Positions 54,101-64,000 of a stretch of 64,000 nucleotides of DNA are shown here, piece after piece. Numbering within the stretch: the stretch's first letter is position 1; each line of letters starts with the position of its first letter. The DNA comes from Tubiluchus corallicola (Eukaryota; Animalia; Priapulida). Under the pieces are notes generated by a model. The model did no database searches. It was not told the DNA's origin and saw nothing but the letters and a program-made list of their open reading frames with translations. The DNA lies in assembly GCA_030141605.1 (NCBI GenBank), contig JAQGDQ010000640.1, positions 1 to 64,000 on the forward strand, written 5' to 3'. The translations under genes were made by a program, and so were the position numbers.

Positions 54101-57100
54101 TTGAACTTACGTGAACATTGGTGGAGCAAAGCGTCTCCGAAGTATCCATCTTCACAATATTCGCAGTTAAATCCATCAGTATGGTAGAGGCACTTTAGAC
54201 ACTCTCCAGTCTCGCCGTCACAGTTGCCGGGCTGAGTGACATCAATGTTGTTGTTACAGTTACACATCTCACAAGTGCCGTTCTCCACAAGTGGGCTCCC
54301 GAAGTAGTTCTCTGCACATCGGTCACAGCGAATTCCTGCGGTTTGCAAGTAATCAGTAGTATAAAAAAATCAGTTGTACGAGTACTAAAAATATATTCTG
54401 AAAGCCACAATTATAAAACTTAATTCAGTTTGATTTAGTTAAATTTAGCTTTTTGTGCCCAGAGAGGAGTTAGCACTTCTAACAACTAAAAAAAATCACT
54501 ACAGCTAACGGTACCTGCAAAACCTGGATAACAGTTACAGATAACTTGTTGCGACCGTGGGTCCTGGTAGCACGTATCCGCAAACTGGAACTCGCTTCCG
54601 GGTCCTCCTGGGCACATACACGGTCGGCATGGTATTCTGCTGCCTTCGGTGGGATCACCAACGTACCCATCCACACATCTGAAGAATGCACAATCACATT
54701 TCTAACATCGGGTGAATACTGATTTCCCAAATAATGGCTTTACAAACAGTTCTACTGTTTTTTAAATTTCCAGGCCCAATGAAACTGCGAAATGATTATA
54801 TACCCACAGGTTTGATACAAAGTAATTACAAACTTGCCAGACAAACTGGTGACCTGTAAAGACTTTGTTAGCAAATCAAATAACTAGCAAAATGTTGAAT
54901 GAAAATCCAAATGTGGCTGCATGGAATTAGCCTGTTATCACTAATCCTTAATCATGTCATTGTTGTCACATTTGCCTTTGAAAGCTATTACATCATAGGA
55001 GACTGAAATTTTGCATGAAGATTCTACAGACCATAATTGGACACATTTCACTTTCGCCAATACATCCCTCAAATGTGCCCGTTAAATGGATCTGCCCCAT
55101 ACAATGCTACATTGTCGCGGTTTCTTTCGTTGAGTTTATAAATATCATCAGGCCCAATAATGTATTCGAAATTCTTATGAAGAAATGGATCCCATGACAA
55201 CAGTAAACACTTCCCACGATTTTCTAATAGAAACGTAACTTTACAAGATATGAACAATCAGGATGTACTGGATCCAAGCACATTAATGCTTCCATTCTAG
55301 TAAGCAGGGCCTATTTCAAAGGGGGGAAGTGGGGATACTTCCCAGGGGCCTCACACTCCAGGGGGGCCTCTCACCAAAGTAACATTGTTTTGCTTTATGC
55401 GAACATACTGCCTCCTCTCTCCCTCTCTTGCCGCACGCGCGACGTTTGCCAGTATTGACAAGTATTAAGGACTGGTCTTGAGAATAAAACCTTTTAATTG
55501 TTCTTTCCTTTAACAGCTGTATAACTCCATATTTTCTCTTCGAAAATGCTTCTCCGGCGTTCTAGCAGTTCAAAAAGTTTCTGGGTGCCAACAATGGTGG
55601 CGCCCGCCCCCCGGTGCATCGCCCCACCCCCGATGAGGCCTCACACGCCCCACTTCCCCGGGCCTCGCCTAGGCTGAAATAGGCCCTGCTAGTAAGTATT
55701 ACAAAAACAACAATTACACATATAATTTCAGTAGTGTACATTTCTAGATTATATAATATGTACAATTTTTTACAAAAATCTTCATTCTTTGTAATTATTC
55801 CGGCTGGCATCATTAACTCAAAACCCACAAAACAGCTCTTAATCATATAACAATCAAAAATTTTATAAATGTGCATAAATTTCTAAGACTGATTAAAGTT
55901 CAATAAGCATGAAATTAGCTGCAATGATTTTTTGTTTTATTAGCAAAAAATAATCAACATTAAGTAATTAATCAATTAATTACCTATCACAGTTACGTCC
56001 TCCAGTAAAGTCCCTACAGTCTATGCAAGCTCCCGTGCGCTGGTCGCATATCTCTGCATGCCCGTTGCATTCACACTGGACGCAGCTGGGAAAGTTCCAG
56101 AATCCGGGTTCACACTCGTCGCACTGCCGTCCGTAGACATTGGGAATACACGAACACTCTCCGGTTAGCAAGTCGCAGATACTACTGGTTGAACCCACAT
56201 TGTTGCAGTTACATGCTAAAGGGAGGGAAAGAAACAGTCAATATTACAGAGAGCCAATATGTCAGACCAAGTTGACCTCATACCAATCAGTTTATTCAAG
56301 GACAATGAAAGAATGTGTGAATGAATGATTAGCAGAATGAAGAAATAACTTTAGTAAGTCAGGAGAAATAAATTATATTAATAACAGGCGCAATACAAAA
56401 GTAGTCCAACAAACAAAAAATGTTTGGCATTAATTATCCAGTTATTTTTTTGCTATCAATCACTCTGCTGATACAATTATAATGTATTATTCACTTATTC
56501 TGTCACCCACTAATATTATTCACATATTCTATCACCTGCCAATATTTACCGACTCAAGCAACAAAGCACCCTAAGAACAAGGTGAACAGTTGAACAACAG
56601 AATCATTTCTTAAGCTATGCAATACTTTTACATTTTTGAAAACTAAGGGCAACTTAGTTATGTTAAGTACAGGGTGCAAAAATGCTTTTTGCATCTCACA
56701 AAGCATCTTAAAGGTCAAATACAGCATACATTGTGAAATTTCAGTTTTACATAAAAAATAGAAAGAGAATGCTCTAACTAAGATTTTCTGATACTTTTAA
56801 CATTTTCAAGGTGGTTCATATAGGAGGAAAACTGGTAAGAAGGTTTCATTTCCGACTAAAGGCTGAAATTTGATTTTGCACGTTTTACTCCTTAGATGGC
56901 GCCAGCAAAATTCAGTCCTTAGTTACGGCAGCATCTGTGTTTGGTTGTAATGCGTCAGATCTTGCCATGCAGCATTGTTTACAAGTTCAGTGTCACAGAA
57001 ACAATGCGGTATCCAAATAAGCTGTTGTTAGCACAATTGTTTAGCATGCAGTTTTCCAAATTTTCATGAGCAAAACCGAACAAATGTTTAATGGTAATGC

Positions 57101-60100
57101 AGCTTCGAGCCCATGCTTCTTTATGATGGAAACCATGATATTTAATAAAATTAGTGCTAAATATTAAGTTACAGCAAACTTTTTTAATTAAAGAAAACTT
57201 GTTTTTACATTAAATTTGACCTTTAAGAAGTGCCAGACAGTAGTAAGCAATTCTGCTTCAATACATGTGCTAATTTATAATGGCAATAATTCCTATTTAT
57301 GTCTCACAAGCACTACTTCCTTTTGTTAACTTATTATAAGCATGCCGAAACAAACTTATTCTGGTCATTGTGGTTTCCGCTAATAAATAATTCCGAAAGT
57401 CTATGAATACCACGTAAACATTAGCATGTCAAATTTACACTAGCTAACGATAAATAGACTTCTCGTGATTCTCAAGAATCATCTCATCTTTCCTGTTAGC
57501 GTGAACTAAATAACATACGTGTGCAGCCATTCGGTCCGAAGCCGTAAGTGCCAGGAGCACATTGGTCGCAGTTTCGGCCAATTACGTTAGGTTTGCACAC
57601 GCACTGTCCGCCATTCTTGTCACAAATTGTACTCTCTGTTCCTTCGCCATCACACTGGCAAGCTGAATGAAACAAATTTTTCATTAACAACAATGTGATT
57701 TACAAATCTGATTAAGCAATGTAATATAATCACCTTTTTTGTAGCAGTGATTAAGCGTCTGTATGTTCGTTCTATTATTGTTCATAATGTTTTTGATATG
57801 GCATTACAACAATTCTATAATAGTGAAGATGGGGCCACATTTTAAAGGAATATCTCCAAATCTCAATTTTTGCAATAATGTGGTACTACTAGCAAAGAAT
57901 TATAATTTTACAACTGACACGTGTAGGGGTTACATTTACGTTTTAGGACAGTCCATTCAATTAACCTTGTTTTAAGCTAAACTGTTGTATAACCATATGC
58001 ATGCTACTTGTAGAAAGTTATATCTACAGAAGTGCTGAAACACCGCTATAAGGAATAATTTACTTAGTAAAACTTAATATAGGAATAAGGTCTAATAATG
58101 TGACTGAACACAAGAAAAGTGCTTACAGTTTTTGCTTATGTGCATATTTTGTATATTTATGTGATAAAATCTAATGCAAAGTATTCAATGGTACAAAAGT
58201 AAGGCAGAACTTTGTCTACTTATGCTTGAAGTGCAATAAGTTGGAAAACACTAAAAATTTTACATATTGTATTTACTGCTAGACAATTAAAACTTGCGAA
58301 GCCGCAAAATTTAATTCCCTTACGTTCTGCGCCCCCTGTTAAAATGGCCGATACCGGGCAGACATATTTAGAGCATGCTTCATTCAGTTCTGGCTTGATA
58401 ACCTGTAGTTGGGCCTCGATGCAGCCGTAGTGAACGTACTCTCTCTTGTAGTATTCATTAAGAGGTGATCCAGAAAATATCGGTAGTGCATCGACATTGG
58501 GAGCAATAACAATCTAAAAAAAGAACAGTTGTTGCAAGTTTTTTCTGCAGCATTAATTAGTTGCTATTTTTATAAACAGCAGCAGCTGCTTCAATGATCA
58601 GCTACTCAAATTTTCATGTATTCATTTTGGCTATCAGATATCAGTTAGAATAGAATAGTGATATCTTTGTTCCACTGCCAATTGTTGCTTAAATATATAT
58701 ACATATATCCCACTGCAAATCTTGTCCCATTGCAAACAAGCTTCATCCAGTAAAAAGATGTCCGATTTTCAGCTAATAAACCAGTTATAACAAACAGGCG
58801 CCATGTTTAACGGCATATTATCGAAATCGGGCTAAAGTAACATCAATAAGTTTCTGATTTAATAAGCATGGTTCAAACTAACAGTGCGATTCACCTGCTA
58901 GCTTAGGCTACTTTCTGTAGCCACTGCTAAGATATTCTAATTTGCAACCTCGGGCAAAACAGCAGTAGTTGTCCAACCCTTTTTTGATAATCAAACCATT
59001 TTTATCTTTTGGTTACCAAGAAAATATAGTTACCGAATCAACTAGAATGGAAGCATCTGGACTGCTCAAACCATTTGCATAGCTGTTGAATTCTAGTTTT
59101 ATCGTGTAAGCTGTGTTTCTTTCCAGACAAACAGGTGGCCTCATCACATGATAGCGCTCAGCTAGTGGTGCAAAAACACAAAAGATCAGATGCTGGAATA
59201 TCAAACTTAAAAGCTGCCACCTAGAGGTAGCGTTCAGAACTATATTACATACACATGAGCATCTTTACTGTTTTCATTTTCACAAATAAAATTGGCTGGT
59301 GATTGTGATTTATGAATTTAGATTTTACCAATGTTCATTTTCCCTTGCAGTTTGTGCATGAATGTATGAACTTAAAAGAAAGGGAGAAGAATGCTTCCTT
59401 TGAAGGCACCAAATACATATGGTAACACATTCACAGTAAAAAGAGAGAGTCGATAAACCTAGCTATTAATTTAGCAGGATGTCAAAAATAAAATTAAACT
59501 GCATGTAAAACATGCTGAAACTTTCAGTAAAAACAGGATTAATATGCGGGTATAAGAACCTATTTCAATCGACGAAAACAGAAAGATGTAAAAATATTAA
59601 TAATTAGATATTTATTACCAAAATGTATTACAAGGATAAAGAACAATAAGATTTAAAACATTCTAGTATCTAAGAGCTGCCATAGACCCGTCAAAACAGA
59701 CATAATTATACAAGGTGTTTATGATCAATTGTTATTTTTACTTTTCAATGTACTCCAGATGTTGATGAAAACAATATACCGTATATACTTATGTACAAGT
59801 TGAATTTTTGGGAGGCAACTTTAAGGTGAAATTTTTGGGGTCGACTTATACTTAAGATATGTTTTTGGGAGATGTCGTTAAAGAGTCATCTACAATACGA
59901 ATATGTAAAGAAATAATCCTTCATTATAGGCTGGACTGAATGAACACTCATACTGTGATACTTCACATCAGATAATGTTCGCATCTTGACAATACTTCAC
60001 AAAATTAACAAATATTACTGTAATTTATTCTAATGTATGTGAAATTAAGTTAAAATTTATATATTTTAGAAACCGGAAAGAAACTGGAAACTGCCAAAGC

Positions 60101-63100
60101 TGTGCAGGTGCTGCCACCTGTCAGCTGCTGCGGGAAGTTTTACACTGGCCTTGTATATGCGTGTTTTATTGGCAAAACATCGATTACCAGCATACACGCG
60201 TATATAAAACACAACTATGCAGATGTATTAATTTTAGTAAATTATTTTTTTCTTCAAATGGGAAGGTGATGAACCACACCATTTACTCTGGAAGATGTTA
60301 ATATTTTAGGATCGACTTGTACACAGGTAATGTATAAAATGATGAAATTTTTGGTCTTAAAATGCACATCGACTTGTACATAAGTATAAACAGTAACAAA
60401 TATACTAACTGGATTCTAGTCGGTCATATTTGAGATCATCCCGTGGAATAGTATTGGCACATGCTCCGGTCTGATCCACAGGACTGGGTCGTTCGATCGT
60501 GATGCGAACATCCTCCCACGGGTCAGGCATCTACATCAATAAGATAAGAATTCATCGTAAGAGCAAATGGTACATCTCGGAATTTTAGAAAAAGAAGTAA
60601 AAGTTTATCTACTCCTAAGCAGAACAAGATCTTGAAAACAATGTCTGCATGCATAACAACTAGAGAGTCAAGGGAAACAATGGAATTTGGATGGCAAATA
60701 TTAACCTATGTCCAATACAGACAAGAGAAACCAAGCTTTAAACACCATCTTGTGGCCTGCAGAAGCTACTTTCAAAGCACTCACCTTTAAATGTATATAA
60801 ATCCCAACCATTTTTAACATTTAACTATTTTAGATACCTATATATACAGTGAAGTATTGATACTAGTTTTGGAAAAAAGTAATGCACATTAATTTGAAAA
60901 TGCCCTGGCTAACTGACTGCTAATTTTTCATGCTGAACATTCAAGGAAATTTCTATAACTATAAAAATCGTAAGAAGAAGACTATGAAAAGTTGGTCCTA
61001 AATCCCACATCAAACTTTGACTGCAGGTGCTGCTGCTTATTACATTTAATTATTAAGGGAGCTTGATCACTAAACTCTCCTTCCATTATGCAATACTGCA
61101 CAAACACGGATATTTTGCGTAAAAGAAAAACTTACTAACTGGCTTTCGGTTTTTCTAATTTAAATTTCAATGTTTAAACATACTACAGGTAGAATGAAAC
61201 AACAAATTAAGCAAAACTTGATAGAAGTATAAAAAAGAGATTCAAAACTGAATCTACGCAATAACCTGTTACCTCGTTAAACAGAAAGTTGGTTTCATCC
61301 TGACAGCATGAAATGTTAAAATTCAAAATGTTTACGTTGAAAAGATTAAAGACAATCACATAAACCAATTCCAGTGCAAAATCAGCCTCCAACCACAATG
61401 GAATTCATATATAATAACATACGGTATACAGAAAATGCATAGAGTTATAGCAAACCCTTCACCTGAAATCGTAGCCGTCATCTTTCTTTCTATTTCAGCA
61501 GCTTTGAAACATCTTCAACTTAATAATTAGACGTCAAATTACTGTTACTATAAAGACTGTTGGCTGGAAATCTTCCCACGTTCACTGTCAAGTGAGGGAC
61601 GGCCATGCGGATGCGATTGCTGCATGTTTTGTACAGAGACGAAGGATATGCAGATGTTTGCCAGATTCCGCTTTATAAGAAATATTATCATGATTGCGGC
61701 GTAACACCAGGTAATTAATAAGATATCTTGAAACAGAAAGTCACAAAAAATCATTACCTGAGATTCATATCTGATAACGATGTCATACTCCATTGATGTT
61801 GCCAAGTTTCCCACGTAGAATTCGAGAGTGCCCCGTTCACGAACTCGCTGGAATCCTTGCCCAGTCCATGTTGGTTCGCGGTCTGGATAAGGTACTCTGG
61901 TTTCAATCTGGGTCATCTATAGCAAAATATAAATTTCAGTTAACACTGCTGACTATACAAGTATACAAGAAGCAGGTAGTGCAGTTATATATAACTGCTT
62001 ACGTGTTTTAACATAAAAACTTGTTTGATAAAAGAAAATGGAAAATTTTCAGATAAGACAAAATGATATTAGACAGCTTTCAGTTGAAATCTGAATCGTT
62101 TCACCATTATTATAGCTATAAAACTCACATTTTCTTTTGTCATAGAAATTTTACTTCATCTAGAAAAAAGCATTTATGGAACAACCATCATTTTGTAATT
62201 ACGTAAATGTAACAAACTTTACCTCATAATTTCTACAAATAATAAGTTATATTCAATAAGCTGTGATAGTCCATTAAGTTGCAAAACTAAAAACAAGCAA
62301 ATCTGATATTTTAAACTTAGCCCAGCATATTTTCACTTGCATGTATTTACCACACATATACATTTAACACATGTACATCTAAACACATTTTGTAATACTA
62401 GCATCAATAATATTAACTTAAATAAGCAAACTGCTTGTGACTATAAGAAGCTAGTAAAACACTCAAAAACAAGCAGTGACTGCGAAAAACAATTTCAAGC
62501 ATCAGTGTATCTACATATAATCACTATATTTCTACCTCAACCAATTACAGATCTTTCCTTAATTACCGTATTTTCCCATGTATAAGAGACCCTTGTGTAT
62601 AAGAGACCCCTTCAATTTTTAGGCAAAAATTCTGGAAAAAAGTTTTTTGGTAATGAATAACTTTATTCATCATAGAAATCATTAGTAAATTCCTCATCAC
62701 TCTCATCAAAAATATCAACTGGAGTCAGACCTTCAGCAATTCCAGCCAGTTCATCATCAGAGGAGTCACTCTGCTCAAAAATGGCATTGTCCTCTTTTGA
62801 CATTTAAAAAAATAATAACTTACCCGGTACATTAATTTTATCATTAGAATTTAGCCATGGAGAAGATTTATTGAAAGGAAACTATAATTATTCGAAATAA
62901 AACAGTTGTAGCACACTTATTTCTTTAAAATCATTAGTGTCACAATTTATGCATCTTATTGAAAAGACTTACTCCCATGTATAAGAGACCCCCTATTTTT
63001 AAAGTGAAAATTCTGAGCAAAAAAGGGTCTCTTATACACGGGAAAATACGGTAGATTACTACAGGTTTTTCTGGGATGAAATGTATAAAAAGGAAAGCAC

Positions 63101-63329
63101 AGCAACCACTTACACTATTGCCACGAGCGTCCTCAGCTTCGTACGTGTAATAATCAGCAAAAACGCAGAAAAATCCCTCCTCCGGGTCACTGCAGCGACG
63201 TCCGGTCATGTGCGGCTTGCAGGAACACTGACCGGTGGTGATGTCACAGCTGTTGTCGTAAGCTCCGCCCACATCGCAGTCACATGGTTTGCAGCCCTCT
63301 GGGTCTTCACTCAGTCCATAATGTTCCGC
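42178..63329 (-). CDS. LAMB1: Laminin subunit beta (beta-1/LanB1-like), 3' 22 exons (~1273 aa); 5' part lies beyond the right edge
   Basis: Exons 63114-63329, 61758-61916, 60410-60530, 59034-59161, 58324-58513, 57519-57662, 55984-56215, 54515-54678, 54111-54335, 53100-53299, 52302-52401, 51768-51959, 50979-51159, 49743-49927, 48458-48583, 48077-48186, 46889-47068, 45590-45942, 44865-45057, 44258-44383, 43214-43370, 42178-42317 are all AG/GT-bounded and phase-consistent. Domain order: LE repeats, domain IV-B ([22 protein letters not shown]), LE repeats ending [12 protein letters not shown], coiled coil interrupted by the beta-specific Cys knob ([28 protein letters not shown]), C-terminal Cys (HFRDCRP*). 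Confidence 0.96.
42701..43042. mobile_element. Tc1/pogo-type MITE with TA target-site duplication
   Basis: TA|CAGTGTTCCCTC ... GAGGGAACACTG|TA. Confidence 0.88.
48829..49306. mobile_element. Tc1/pogo-type MITE with TA target-site duplication and internal ~79-bp tandem repeats
   Basis: TA|CAGTCAACCTCGG-TATAAGG ... CCTTATATCCGAGGTTGACTG|TA; TATAAGGTACTC recurs three times near the left end. Confidence 0.9.
51236..51380. repeat. 21-bp minisatellite (TGAACAATGTAGAATTGTCAA), ~7 copies, intronic
   Basis: Seen directly; accounts for the overlapping ORFs at 51193-51493. Confidence 0.92.
55305..55688. mobile_element. hAT-type MITE with 8-bp target-site duplication
   Basis: CTAGTAAG|CAGGGCCTATTTCA ... 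TGAAATAGGCCCTG|CTAGTAAG: perfect 14-bp TIRs and an intact 8-bp TSD. Confidence 0.93.
56712..57222. mobile_element. TTAA-flanked non-autonomous DNA transposon (Kolobok-like)
   Basis: TTAA|AGGTCAAAT ... ATTTGACCT|TTAA. Confidence 0.6.
59779..60393. mobile_element. Mariner/pogo-type MITE with TA target-site duplication, ending 16 bp from a laminin splice donor
   Basis: TA|CCGTATATACTTATGTACAAGT-GA ... TCGACTTGTACATAAGTATAAACAG|TA. Confidence 0.8.
62566..63051. mobile_element. pogo-type internally deleted DNA transposon with TA target-site duplication
   Basis: TA|CCGTATTTTCCC-TGTATAAGAGACCC ... GGGTCTCTTATACACGGGAAAATACGG|TA; the minus strand keeps an acidic remnant ([15 protein letters not shown]...FDESDEEF) like pogo transposase C-termini. 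Confidence 0.88.
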
Positions 63330-64000
63330 CTAAAATATGCAGAAATTTCGTTAAGTAATTAAACTAAGAGAATTGTTTCTTCAATGGTAAAAAAGCATCC
63401 ATTTGAAAAGTCTACATTCGGAAAAAATCAATAATTAAATGTAATAGTCAATGTAAAATGCCAAAATTCATGACAGAATATCTGAAACTTTGGAATTCTC
63501 TGCCACAGCATAAACATATACCGTATAGTACTTAAATAGAGCAAAACCGGACCCAATCTTAAGCTGTAGGTCAAAACAATCTACTCTTTAAAATATTGAA
63601 AGGGAACATACTATATTTCAAAAATGACTTACGTGAAAGAATTATTGCCACACAAATACAATTTCGCATTCGCACCACTAACTTTTTCGCTGTTACATGC
63701 ATTTCGCCATTCGATAGTTAGACGGGCACTAGCGCTTGCCTTTGGGAAAGGCGTTGCATAAAAAACAGATGCTGTACCTCTCAATTCAGCTGTGTTAGTT
63801 TGTGATGAACTACGCACGTGCAACAGCTCATGCGTGAGCAGAGGTAAATTTGAAATATGAATTTTTATCTTAAAACATGCCTAGTTTTAGTACAACACAC
63901 TGAATATCTTACAGTAGCACTGTACTTCAATTTTCGCTTTCGCAAACACGTGCAACACGCTCGTGGAATATTTTTGCTGTTGGAAATTATCTTTGATTGT

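Overview
AT-rich, intron-rich animal (invertebrate-like) genomic DNA, not prokaryotic. The right third (42178-63329, minus strand) holds 22 phase-consistent exons encoding the C-terminal ~1270 aa of a laminin beta chain, with several MITEs in its introns. The left half (1-32 kb) is a cluster of divergent, probably secreted pentraxin-domain genes that the ORF track largely misses because they are spliced. There are five copies: A' (+, last two exons), A (-), B (-, intronless domain, decayed), C (-, decayed) and D (-, decayed). They share a Cys pattern, and A' and D share a C-terminal extension (LTExQxxxLxxxITYxIHNxDLT) that I do not recognise from classical pentraxins. The most unusual structure is an apparently perfect inverted repeat (<=1-683 / 1336->=2018) that places A' and A tail-to-tail around a 652-bp spacer holding the only copy of the terminal exon. 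This could be an invertible shared exon, a hairpin-RNA locus or an assembly fold-back. Also present: a 2-kb 29-bp minisatellite (its long ORFs are artefacts), microsatellites, and fragments of Gypsy, Tc1/IS630-like, RTE-like and CRE-like elements. All alignments and translations were done by eye; no database searches were run.
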